A stretch of 64,000 bases of DNA from Planctomycetota bacterium (GTDB lineage: Bacteria > Planctomycetota > GCA-002687715 > CAIWVZ01). The stretch covers positions 2,016,001 to 2,080,000 of the forward strand of contig JBGANV010000001.1 in assembly GCA_044222185.1 (NCBI GenBank), in the 5' to 3' direction. This document shows, in pieces, positions 46,757-57,600 of this stretch (position 1 is the first letter of the stretch; each line of letters begins with the position of its first letter). The notes under the pieces are model-generated. The model saw nothing but the letters and a program-made list of their open reading frames with translations, was not told the DNA's origin and searched no databases. A program made the position numbers and the translations under genes.

Positions 46757-47272
46757 TCACGGAAACACGAAGGTTGCGACGTTCGTCAGCGTGACGATCA
46801 TCCCACCACCGCAGTTGATCGTGCTTCCTGAGCCTGGGCCACTCATGCCGCCCGAGCCCATGCCGCCCGAGCCCATGCCGCCCGAGCCCATGCCGCCAGT
46901 GCCCATCGTCCCGGACATGCTCACGACTCCGCCTTGCACGTAGGCCATCGTCCCCGAGAGCGGCGGCGGTATGGAGCCCGGAAGGATGTTGACCGTGAGC
47001 GAGAGCGCCCCGCTCGCGTTGGTGGTCCCCATATCCATGAGGATCCATGGCGGCGCGATTCCGAGCGTGACGCCGCCCATGGTCCCGGGTCCCAGTTGGA
47101 GTGAACCGGCGAGGATCACGTGCGCATTCGCTGCCGCCCCCGACACGCTGATCGTGACCGCTGGCGGCGACGTCGTGCCCGTCGCGGCAAGGGTCGGCCC
47201 CTGGGCGGCCAGAACACCTGCAAGCAAGAACGCGGCGATCGAAACGGACCAGCTGCAGTGTGAACCACGCAT
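46757..47272 (-). CDS. Secreted Ig-like-module protein with Met/Gly-rich insertion
   Basis: GGAG RBS; signal ..VLAA|QG; MSGTMGTGGMGSGGMGSGGMGSGGMSG loop. Confidence 0.75.
   Translation of the reverse strand: MRGSHCSWSVSIAAFLLAGVLAAQGPTLAATGTTSPPAVTISVSGAAANAHVILAGSLQLGPGTMGGVTLGIAPPWILMDMGTTNASGALSLTVNILPGSIPPPLSGTMAYVQGGVVSMSGTMGTGGMGSGGMGSGGMGSGGMSGPGSGSTINCGGGMIVTLTNVATFVFP
46844..46897. repeat. 15-bp tandem repeat catgccgcccgagcc x3.6 (encodes GSGGM)
   Basis: Three perfect copies plus one partial copy. Confidence 0.95.
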
Positions 47273-47644
47273 GATGATCGTCTCCGTGAGGAACGTCCGA
47301 GGCGGCGTTCCCGCGACCGTGCGGGGACGCTCGCCGACCTGGATGCTGTCGCCGATCTCTCCCGGCAGTACGGGCTGAAGTGCGACGCCATCGCGCGCGA
47401 GTCTGGACCTCACCGGCGCCTGAGTGCCTGCCTTGGAGAACCTCTGGCCGCGGACGTCAGGCGGCGCTCGGACGGTCCGTCGGTATGGCCCAGGGTCGCC
47501 ATGCAGCCGGCGGCTCCACCGCAAGGAGGTTGCGCGCGGATCGAGGACGAGGATCTGGGTCACGGGGTCGCCCGGACGCAGGAGCAGCGCTGGCAATCGA
47601 CCGCGCAGGGTTCTTCGCGGCCGAGCGCGCGTCGGCCCGAACGG

Positions 47645-48082
47645 CTAGGCGACGCGCGCCGGATCGATGAGGCGGCTGAGCAGGGCGATCTGTCCCTGGC
47701 CGCGAGCGTCGGCGGCGATCAGATTGGCGACGACGGCGACGGCCGCGACGGGGTCCGCATCGTCCTCGATCATGCCGCGCACGATCGAGAGCGTCGCCTC
47801 GCGGACGGCGCGGAGCGAAGACGTGGCCTGCAGAGGGCTCGCCGTCTCGCGGACCGGGCGCGCGATCGGACGCAGGCTCTCACGAGAACCTGCGAAGAGT
47901 TTCTGGGCTTGTTTCCACTCCTCGTCGAGGAGTGCCGCTGCGATCGATTTCGCGCTCGGGATGCCGTCGTCCGGAGCCCAATCCCACTCGTCGCGGCTGA
48001 TGCGCGCGACGACCGTCATGAGCGAAGTCCGAACGGACTCAGCCTGCGCGAGCAGTTGATCGACTGATGAGCTGGGGGTCAT
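47645..48082 (-). CDS. DinB-like four-helix protein (His ligands absent)
   Basis: WDWAP....SAKSI, LRAVREATL, GQIALL.R pattern. Confidence 0.6.
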   Translation of the reverse strand: MTPSSSVDQLLAQAESVRTSLMTVVARISRDEWDWAPDDGIPSAKSIAAALLDEEWKQAQKLFAGSRESLRPIARPVRETASPLQATSSLRAVREATLSIVRGMIEDDADPVAAVAVVANLIAADARGQGQIALLSRLIDPARVA

Positions 48083-48225
48083 GCGAAGGTGCAGAGAGAG
48101 GGAACGAACCGCCGGGTGAGGAACCGGTTGGGGTCCGCCGCGGACACGCGCGGTGGAACGCCTGAAAACGCAACAACCGTCTTTTCGACCAACGGAGCCG
48201 GTGGGTTGAGACGCGTGCCGGGTGA

Positions 48226-49470
48226 TCAAAGCGACGGCAGCACGTGCGGCACTCCATGACCGTCGATCCGGAACCGCTCGACGGCGACGTCGAACGGCGA
48301 TCGGCTCGATCGCTTGGAGGCTTGGAGGACTTCGTCCACGATCCATCCGCACAATCGCTGCGTGCGCGCAGCCGCGGCTCGGCCGTCAAAAGCGTCCTTC
48401 ATGCGAGCCTCGAGCACCGCATGGATCGCCGCCCCCGCGCCCGTGAGCCAGTCCGGAATGAAGAGGATGCCTCGCTTGAAAAGCTGCGCCGCAAGCCGCC
48501 CTTCCTCCTCGATCCCATCCGCCACGAGTATGGCGTCGGCAACGCCGACGATGGCCCGGCACTTCAAGGCCTGAACCATGTCGGCCGCGATGACGTTGGC
48601 CATCGCATTCGGACAGAAGATGTCGCTCTCGACCTCCAGAATCTGATACGGAGCCATCACGCTCACGAGCTTGCGCTCGAGCACGGGCAGTGCTTCGAGG
48701 AAACGATCGATGGCCTTCAAATCGCGATCGGTGACGACGAGTTTTGCGCCGTCCGCGGCAAGCAGGCGCGCGATCTCCGCCCCGGCATGGCCGAGCCCCT
48801 GGATCGCCACCGTCGTCTCGTTGGGGGCCTTGCCGAGCGCAGCCGCCGTCGCGCGGATCGCGGCGTGCACGCCCACGGCCGCCGTCGCTCCCGAGCCGCC
48901 CCCGCGGACCCCGACCACGTTCCCCACCCGCGCCGAAAGCTTCTTCGCAAGGTCGACGGTGAACCCGGAGTCGACCGTGAGACTGGCGCCGCCCAGTTCG
49001 ATTTCCTGCGCGATGGCATCGACCCAGGGCGCCACGTTGTACTCAGGCACGGCCGGCCCGTGCATGAGGAGCGCCGAGCCTCCGCATTGGGCGCCGGACA
49101 ACCACGCACGCGTCGTCGCGAGCCGGGCGAGGCGAACCGCGAGATCGAAGAGGGTCTTCTCCGGCGTCGCGAATTCCATCCGTCGGATCGCCCCCAACGT
49201 GCGTCCGGAGACAGGCTGGTGCTGGACCCAGACGAGTCGCAACCCGAGATCCGACCGGTTGACGAGTTCGATGCGCTGGGGCGGCGACACACGGAGGGAG
49301 CGAGCGAACTCGTGCAGGTGCCAATCCAGTTGCGGAGCCAGTTCGCCGAGGGGACTCCACTCGCCGTCGGGCACGGCTCCGACCCGTCGCCAGTCGCCAT
49401 CGACCGGGCGGAGCCAGACGCGCTCGAGGCCCTTGTCGCGCATCGTGTCGAAGACGGTCCAGTCGGTCAT
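48226..49470 (-). CDS. Glu/Leu/Phe/Val dehydrogenase homologue (catalytic Lys residues absent)
   Basis: TAAVGV..AI, VAIQGLGHAG, DIFCPNA, GILFIPD; GGGK replaced by CGGS. Confidence 0.82.
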   Translation of the reverse strand: MTDWTVFDTMRDKGLERVWLRPVDGDWRRVGAVPDGEWSPLGELAPQLDWHLHEFARSLRVSPPQRIELVNRSDLGLRLVWVQHQPVSGRTLGAIRRMEFATPEKTLFDLAVRLARLATTRAWLSGAQCGGSALLMHGPAVPEYNVAPWVDAIAQEIELGGASLTVDSGFTVDLAKKLSARVGNVVGVRGGGSGATAAVGVHAAIRATAAALGKAPNETTVAIQGLGHAGAEIARLLAADGAKLVVTDRDLKAIDRFLEALPVLERKLVSVMAPYQILEVESDIFCPNAMANVIAADMVQALKCRAIVGVADAILVADGIEEEGRLAAQLFKRGILFIPDWLTGAGAAIHAVLEARMKDAFDGRAAAARTQRLCGWIVDEVLQASKRSSRSPFDVAVERFRIDGHGVPHVLPSL

Positions 49471-49483
49471 TCGGCGGGATCCC

Positions 49484-50155
49484 TCATGTCGCGAACGGGT
49501 TCGCCGTCCTCACGCACGCGAACACCGTCCAGATCGCGACGCCGCCCATCACCGCGACGTAGAGCGTCCCCGGCCAGCCGAGCAACGCGCCGGACCGGTG
49601 GCGCCGCGCCGCCGCGAGCGCTGCCAGTGCCGCCGCAGCGATGGCGCCGATCGAGTGAAACGCACCTCTGACCGGCCGGTTGGAGAACGCCTTCACCATG
49701 CGGAACCAGGGACTGCCATCCGCGCCGACGATGCGATCCGCGTCGCCGACCTGCGCCGTCGCATGCACGACGCCGACGGCATCGATCGCTGGACCGGTCG
49801 CCTGCGCCACGAAACGATGCGGCAGGCCCACGCTGCCCGCGTGCACGATCCCGAACACCACCGTGCATCCCAGGAGCGACGCCGCGACGAGGTTCCGATG
49901 CCCGCCGCGGTTGCGGCGGCGGAGGACGTCGACGAGGAGGATGGCGACCGGGATCCCGACACAGGCGACGCCCAGAACGAAACGCGGCGTCATCCCCGCG
50001 GCAGCCGCAAGCGCAACTCGATCGTAGGTGGTCTGGCCGCGGACGAACGCCATCTCGAGCCCCAGGTGTGCTGCGATGAAGGCGCCCAGCACCCAGGCCG
50101 CCCATCGTGCCAACTGCGCCGGGCGCATCGACTCGTCCGTCATCTTCGGTTCCAT
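49484..50155 (-). CDS. Membrane protein resembling a divergent SdhC (cytochrome b558) subunit
   Basis: About 5 TM segments; LGAFIAAHL..G..YD, FGIVH, F.MVKAFSN.P, FHSIG. Start uncertain (50155 or 50143). Confidence 0.55.
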   Translation of the reverse strand: MEPKMTDESMRPAQLARWAAWVLGAFIAAHLGLEMAFVRGQTTYDRVALAAAAGMTPRFVLGVACVGIPVAILLVDVLRRRNRGGHRNLVAASLLGCTVVFGIVHAGSVGLPHRFVAQATGPAIDAVGVVHATAQVGDADRIVGADGSPWFRMVKAFSNRPVRGAFHSIGAIAAAALAALAAARRHRSGALLGWPGTLYVAVMGGVAIWTVFACVRTANPFAT

Positions 50156-50246
50156 CGCGATCGCCGTGCGCGGGTCGAGGATGATCTCACGCCGGCGAGG
50201 CGCGATGCTACCCCGGGTTGATTGGAGGCCCAACGCGCCGACGGCT

Positions 50247-51167
50247 TCAGTCGCCGCCGAACAGCTTGCGAAGAAGGCCGCGAATTCCCGCTTCTTCCTC
50301 GGCGGAGCAGCCTGCTTTGAGCGCGTTGCGAACGCGTTCGATCTCGGCGCAGACCTCCTCGCACGTCGACGGCCGGCGCGCGGGATTCTTCTTGATCATG
50401 CGTTCGAGCAGGTTGGCGACCGGCACCGTCACCGATTGGTTGAGCTTGGTGATGGCGATGGGCTCGCGCTTCAGCGTGCTTTGAAGCACCTCGTTCGTGT
50501 GCCGCCCCTGGAAGGCCACCTTCCCCGTGAGCATCTCGTAGAGGATCACGCCCAGCGAGAAGATGTCGGCCCGCGCGTCGATGGGGTCACCCCGGATCTG
50601 CTCGGGCGCCGAGTACGCGGGCGTTCCGATGTACGTGCCCGGTCGCGTCAACTGGACGGACTGGTTCATGTCCTTCGCGATACCGAAGTCGAGGACCTTC
50701 ACGACCCCGTCCGCGGTCCGAACCATGATGTTCTCGGGTTTCAGGTCGCGGTGGACGACCGCCTGGCGGTGGGCCTCCCCGAGGCCGAGCGCGGCGTCGC
50801 TGATCGTCGCAAGAGCCCGATCGACGGGGAACGCGCCATCCTTCACGAGGATCTGGTAGAGGTTCAATCCGTCGACGAACTCGGAGGCGATGTAGAAACA
50901 GCTCTCCTCGCGACCGAGAGCGTAGATGCGCACGAGATTCGGGTGCCGGAGCGCTCCGAAGCGCTTGCCCTCGTTCTTGAAGCGCGTGATCGCCTCCGCG
51001 TCGACTGGACCGTCGGTTCGCAGGAATTTCAGCGCGACGGTCCGGTCGTGCTTGAGGTCGTGGGCCCGGAACACGACACCCATGCCGCCCTCGCCCAACT
51101 TCTTGTCGATGCGGTACTGGCCGTCAGGTCCGAAGGTTCGTCCGACGAGTTCGTCGGAGAGATTCAT
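50247..51167 (-). CDS. Hanks-type Ser/Thr protein kinase (soluble, kinase domain only)
   Basis: GEGGMGVV, VALK, HRDLKPEN, DFG, GTPAYSAPE, DIFSLG. Confidence 0.96.
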   Translation of the reverse strand: MNLSDELVGRTFGPDGQYRIDKKLGEGGMGVVFRAHDLKHDRTVALKFLRTDGPVDAEAITRFKNEGKRFGALRHPNLVRIYALGREESCFYIASEFVDGLNLYQILVKDGAFPVDRALATISDAALGLGEAHRQAVVHRDLKPENIMVRTADGVVKVLDFGIAKDMNQSVQLTRPGTYIGTPAYSAPEQIRGDPIDARADIFSLGVILYEMLTGKVAFQGRHTNEVLQSTLKREPIAITKLNQSVTVPVANLLERMIKKNPARRPSTCEEVCAEIERVRNALKAGCSAEEEAGIRGLLRKLFGGD

Positions 51168-51224
51168 CAGGGGGTCCTCGTCGCTCCAGCCTTCGTCGAG
51201 CGCAACTCCATGGATTGAAGAAGC

Positions 51225-51461
51225 TCAGTCCTCGCCGTCATCGCCGATCGCTTCCACGGGGCACTGTTCCAGTGCATCGCGGCAAGCCTTGATCTCTTCC
51301 TCGTTCTGAGGCTGCTTGTAGACGATGTCGTGGTCGCCCTCGCCGCTCTCCTTGAAGTTGTTCGGAGCAAGGTCGGAGCAAAGAGAGCACAGGATGCACT
51401 CCTTGTCGACATAGAACTTGCCGGAGACGTTGTCGTCCCACTTCTCGTTTCTGTTGGCCAT
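51225..51461 (-). CDS. Single-cluster ferredoxin
   Basis: FYVDKECILCSLC..AP..F..CPVEAIGDDG. Confidence 0.92.
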   Translation of the reverse strand: MANRNEKWDDNVSGKFYVDKECILCSLCSDLAPNNFKESGEGDHDIVYKQPQNEEEIKACRDALEQCPVEAIGDDGED

Positions 51462-51618
51462 ATTCGACTCGCGGAGACGCAGTCTGCGGCCCTGCGGCCG
51501 CACAGCATACCCCCGTGGTTTCGCATGGCCAAGACAGCGCGACCCGCGCACGACGGCGTTGCGCGGGTCGCATTCAGGCGTCCGCTCGACGAAAAGCGCC
51601 CGCCGAGGCCGGGAATCC

Positions 51619-54600
51619 TCAGCGTTCGGCGACGGCAACCCGGTCGGCGAGTTCAGCGACCGCGGTCACGGCGCCATCGCCCGCGTTGCTGATGAGCAGC
51701 ATGCCGCGTTCGTCGGTCGAGCCAGCGAACCAGACCTTTCCGTTGGCGCCAACCGTGATCCGGGCCCCACGCACGGGCTGGTCCTTCCCGTCGACGAGCC
51801 AGGCGCGAAGGCCGGTTTCGTCGCGTTGGAGCCGCAGCGTCCACTCCGTCGCCAGGAGCACCGTCGTCACGCTGCGTTCGCCGTCGGAGACGACGACGAG
51901 ATAGGCCCCCGCGCCCAGGTCGGGCAGCGGCAGCTTCACCGTTCCCGACTTGTATGCGGCGAGGCCCGTCTCGTGCGTCACCGTGTGTTGCGGAGCGATG
52001 CCCGAAAGGTCCGCCTGGTTCAGCTTCGAGAAGCTCTTGCGAACCGCGAAAAGGACCGTGAGGTCGACGGGAAACACCTGCGCGGTGAGCTTCGTCACGT
52101 TCTTGGCCCGCACGTCGAGCGTGCGGCCCGCGCCGGGGACGAGCGTCGTCACGGATGCCACGTCGAGCTCGTGCTCCGTGAAGAACTTCCACGACTGCAT
52201 GGCGTCGGGCACGGCATTGCGCGCCTCGCCGTACCACTTGACCGCCTCGTCGAGCTGCCCCTCGATGTGCGCGATCTTGCCCAGGAGGTACGCCATGGCG
52301 GGTCTCTCCGAGCTCTCGCGAGCGTCGCCGTTGGGATCGGCGGGCGTCCGCCACTTCTCGTCGATCACGCGGCGAGCGAGGGGCTTGACGTCACCGTACT
52401 TGCCCAGTTCGAAGAGCGCGCGGGCCTCGTCCGCGAGGACCTGGTCGAGGAGCAGCGACTTCTGGAACCGCTCGCGGAACGCAGCCGTCTCGAGGACTAC
52501 GCGTTGCGACGCGCCCAACGCCGTGAAGACGCCGATGCGATTGAAGTGCGCCGCCTCGGCCAGCGACCCGAGCGGATGCCACGCCATGAGCCGCGAGTAC
52601 GCGGTGACGGCGTTCTTCCACTGGCTCCGTTGAACGTCCTTCGCCACCGGCCCCTTCACTGCAGGATCGATCAAACCGGCGTAGAGCCCGGCGATCTCCC
52701 GCTCGACGGCGGGCACGGACCCCGCGGCCGGATATCGCGCAACGGCCTGCTCGAGCCAGGCCACGGCGTCATCCCCGCGACCGATCTCCGAGAGGAACCG
52801 GGCGGGCTTGCACTCGTGCGTGAAGGCCGCCTCGAACACGCGGAGGAACTGCTCCCGTGCTCTCTCCGGATCCCCGACCGCGATGTACGAGCGCCCGAGG
52901 CGAAGCGTATCCGCGACGCTCAGGTCGGTCTTGGTCGGGTTCCGCATGAGGAGCGTGTCCCGCACGCGGATCGCCTGCTGGCTCTGATCGAGACGGAGGT
53001 AGGCGATCTGGAGCATGCGGAGTACGTCGTCGTGCGCCGCGTCCGTGAGCGCGTACTTCGACGGAAGCTCGGCGAGCAACGCGACGACGTCCTCGAAGCG
53101 GGACTTGTCGAACGCGCTGGCGGCCGCGGCGATCCGCGCGTCCGGCGTCTTCTCGGCCGGCGGCGGCGTCGCCATCGACGACGCATCGACCAGGACCTCG
53201 AGGCGCATGGAATCGGATCGGCCCCAGACTTCCGGTGCGTACATCTCGGACGCACCCGTTGGCAACGCGGAGAAGCGCCCCGCGAACACGGCGAAGCAGG
53301 GGTACGTGATCGTGATCTCCGAGCCCTTCTTCAGGTGATCGAAGAAGAACACCAGCGCACTCCCCCGGCGCTCGAACCGATCGAACGGACCGCGCACGCC
53401 CGTCTCGATGACGTCCAGCCCCGCCAGCTGCGGCTCCTCGACGACGAGATAGTTCACGTCCTCGCGGACTTTCATGACGACGCGGACGGTGACCTTGCGA
53501 CCGACCACGGTCTGCGCCAGCGACGGCGGGGGAACGAAGACCGGCCGCTTGCTTTCCTCGACGCAATTGAACCCGTCGCGCCACTTGGGTTCGACTCGAT
53601 CCGGGTCCTGGTACGCCACGACGCGCCGCTCGACGGCGACGACGTTGCCGGCAGCCGCAACCGTGTCCGCCGGCTTGACGCCCGTCACGACGACGCGGCA
53701 GTCGGCCTCGCCGCCGCCGGTACGTTGGACGACGAAGGTGTGCTTGCCCGGCGTGAGGCGTTCCTGCGGGATCGAGATCACGGCCCGGGGATTCTTGCCG
53801 TCGATCGTGACGGGGTCACCGACCGGCCGACCGTCCAGCTGCACCGACACCTCGCCCTGCAACGCGGCCGCGCCCTCACCCTGGACGAAGCGCACGAGCG
53901 CCAGCACCGAGGTCGCGGTCGCACGCGTGTGGAAACACCCTCGGACGGCGATTTCGCGGCGCAGGCGGCGGACGAGCCCCTCGATCTCGTCGGGACGGCC
54001 GCCGGACGCTTGCAGCGCCAGGAGACAAAGAGCCGTCGTCTCCTGATCGCTGCCAAGCCATGGATCTCGGGCGATTCCACCGAACGGCCAGAAGTCGACT
54101 TGATCGGCGCCAGGGTTGCGGCGCCGGCCGCGCAGCGTCTCGAGCAGCGTCGGAACGATAGCCTCGCGTCGATCCGCCACCGCCGCAAGCAGCAGGCGTG
54201 CGAGGCTCGGCGTGCTCAGGCTTTCACGATCCCGATACAGCGCGTTGATCTCTGCCGACGGTGCGGCGCCGATCGAGGCGAGCGCGTACACGAGCCACGT
54301 CCGCTGATCGCGAGTGAAACGACCTTGCGCGAGCAGCGACTGGGCTCCGGCGGCCGACGAGCTGACCAGCTCGGTCGGCGGGGCGAACCCGGCACCGCGC
54401 AGGCGGGCGAAGGCATCGAGAGCGATGGCCGTCGGCTCGGGCTCGCTGGGGCGGCCCGGCCAGAATCCGAACCCGCCGTCGTCGTTCTGGAATCCACGCA
54501 TCTCCTGGAGGCTGCTCTTGGCGAGCTGCGCGACGGCGTCCGCGTCCAACGGCGACGGTTGCGACGCGGCCGCGAACGCCTGGTTCAAGAGGTACGCAGG

Positions 54601-57600
54601 GACGAAGCGGTTGACGGTCTGTTCCAGCCCGCCATGGGAGACGGAGCGCAGGAACGCGAGCCCATCCAAGAGCTCGAGCGCCAGACCGCCCTGCACCACG
54701 ACCGATCCGCCGACCGACCCGGTGACCGGATCGAACGGGATCTCCACGGGGACCGTGACCTTGTCGCCGAGGATGCGATGTTCGACCGTGCGCCACGGCT
54801 CGCCGAACGGAACGACGTCGAGGGTGTGGACGAGCGCGTCGCTGGCGCGACTCGACAGCGCCTGGACCTCGAGCCTCGTGCTTCCGGAGCCCCGTGCCTT
54901 CACGCGAACGTCCATCGACGTCGCGGTTCGCGCGAGGACGTCCTTCTCCAGTTCCGCGGCGCCCTCCAAGCTCACGACCCCAGGCGCGTCGGCCTTGAGC
55001 GTGAGCGTCATGCGGACGGATTCGCCCAGCGTGTTCTGCCCGATGACCGGAAGCACCGCCTCGTCCGTGTGGAACAAGAAACGCGGCTCGGCGAGCCGAA
55101 CCACGACGTCCTTGCGGACCTTCACGTTCGCCGACGTCCGCCCCACGGCGACTTGCCGGTTCGTGCCCGTGACGTTGACGCTCCAGACGGTCAGGTTGTC
55201 TGGGACCTTGACGTCGACCGAGCTCTCCCCCGCTTCGTTCGTGATCACGTTTGGATGCCACGCGGCCACGTCGACGAGCACCTCCCGAACCTCTGGCGGT
55301 GCGGTCGCCAGGCCGCCACGGAGCAGCCCCTCGCCCGCGCCCCCGAGGAAGCCGAAGCTGCCACCGCTCTGCATGGGCTGGAGGCTCGGAGCGGGGAACT
55401 TCCACGAGTGGGCGATCTTCGGGTCGGCCCTCACGAACAGCTGGGGCACTGCGATCGTGTTTCCGACAGGGAGCTGTTCGAGCCCGCGATACGCCAGGCC
55501 GTACGTCGCGGATTGGAAGAGGACCGCTCCGTCGCCCCATTCGCCGAGGCCGGCGCGCTCTTCGGCATCGTGGGCCTCCTCGCCGCGCTCCAGGTCGTCC
55601 TTCCCGCCCAGGCGCTGCGCGACTCTTGCGGCTTCGCCTGGCTTCGCATCCGACTTGGACTTCTCTGCGTCGGAGGATCGACGCTTCGAACGACTCCCGC
55701 CGAACGCGCTCCCCTTGCCACCGCCGGCGCCGCCACCGGTGGGGGGGTCGGCAGCCGCGGGCGCTCCTGGGGCGTTCGCGGCGAGGCTGTCCTCGAGTCC
55801 CGCCTTCAGAGCGACGCTCTCCCTTTCCTTGAGCGCGTAGGCCTTGTCCGCGTTCTTCCGCAGCTCCTCGCCTGCCGCGAGCAACGTCAGCGATCGATCG
55901 AGTCCGACCACGTCGGAGTCGATGGCCCGCGCCACCGCGTCGACGCGGAACGCGTGCGACGCGCCGGTCTTCACGAGGTGCGGTCGCACGTCGCGATTGA
56001 AGATGAATCGGGGGTCCTGCGTGCCGACGCCACCGAGCGCATCCAGTGCGCCGTCGCTCATGGCGAGCGTGAGTGCCGCAGCCACGGGCTTGCCAGCCTG
56101 GTCCGTCGCTCGCATGGCGAGCTTGACGGTTTCGCCGGGCCGAGCCACGTCCGCGGACGGCTTGAGCGTCACGTCGAGGTAGCGCAGGACGACGACCGGG
56201 TCGTCACACATGAGGAGGGCATGATCGTGTGGAACCGCCCAGCTCGCGACCACGTTCGGCGCGAGCAGTTCGGGCATCTCGATCTCCACGACGGACGCCT
56301 TCTCGCTCACCGTGATCACGCGGTGCATCAACACCGTTTCACCCTCGAACGTGAGGAGGCCGGTCACGGGAGCCGACGGCACCTCGATGAACAAGCGGGC
56401 CTTCTCTCCCGCCCTGTAGACCTCGCGTTCGAAGAGGATCCGGGTCTCCTTGGCGAGATCCGGCCGATCGCCCGAGACCTCCGCGCCGGCCTCCCCGACG
56501 ACCTTCATGCCCTTGCCATCCTCCCCGGCGAACCGGACGAGATGTGTGCCGGCCTTCGGCGCGTCGAGCTTGACCTCGGCTTCCCCGGACGCTCCCAGAT
56601 CGACCGGCGCATCCGCGACGACGACCTCCACCATGCGACCGCCTTCGCTCCGGAGCGCGATCAGCTGGGCCTTGCCCTTGGCCGGAAGGGGCTGACTCGC
56701 CCAGTCGACCCCGATCACGCGCGCAGTGATGCGATCGCCGGCACGGTACGTGCGTCGATCGGGCAGCACGATGACGTTCCCCGGCGTCCAGCACGCGTAC
56801 GCCGACGCCGAGCCGCTGACGACCTGATGGGTGAGATCCTGAACGGTGACGACCGCGATGTACCGCCATGCGCCGGCCGCACTCGCCGTCGTGAACGAGA
56901 ACTCGGCCTCGCCCTTCTCGTCGGTGCCACCACTCCCGTTGGCGACGAACGTCCAGTCCGGCTCAGGTGTCGGATCCTTCGTCTTCTCGACGGCGTGATA
57001 GAACCACGACGCCTCGCGGTAGCGCGTCGCATCGAAGGTCGTCGGCACGCGCCAAACGCGCCAGTCGTACGGTGAGCCACCGATGACGCCGCCCACGAGC
57101 GATTCCACGGCGACCTTCACGGGCACCGAGTCGCCGGGTCGAACGACGGCATTCGCCACCTTGGCGGTGACGCGAAGTTCGGGTTTCACGAACGCCTTGC
57201 ACGTCACGGCTTCGTTGAAGACCTGGGATGCGAATTCGACGCGGAGCGAGTAATCGCCCACGGCGCCATCACTCGGCATCCGGAACTGTCCGTCGATCGT
57301 GCCGAATGCGCCCGTCGTGTGCTTCGACTGGTAGAGCGTCCGGCCGCGCGGATCGATCCAGGACACCTGGACCTCCTGCTTCTCCGGCGTGACGAACGAC
57401 CCGTCGGCGACCGCGCGCAGGATCATCGACCAGCGGACGGCGTCACCGGGACGGTAGATCGGTCGGTCGAACGCGAAGTGGACTCGCGGCGTCAACGCCG
57501 TCTTCCCCCCGGCTGCCGGGTTGGCGGCGAGACCGGGCGCGACCGACGCGCCGAGCGCACCGATCACCTCGCAGGGTCCCTGTCCTTCCTTCACGGCGAA

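Noticed and set aside
38380-46897. Repeats as CRISPR or mobile-element signatures
   Set aside because: Both repeat tracts are in-frame coding repeats without spacers; no cas, transposase or integrase was seen.
51418-57075. 1885-aa + strand ORF overlapping the macroglobulin
   Set aside because: Antisense shadow ORF; no recognisable domains.
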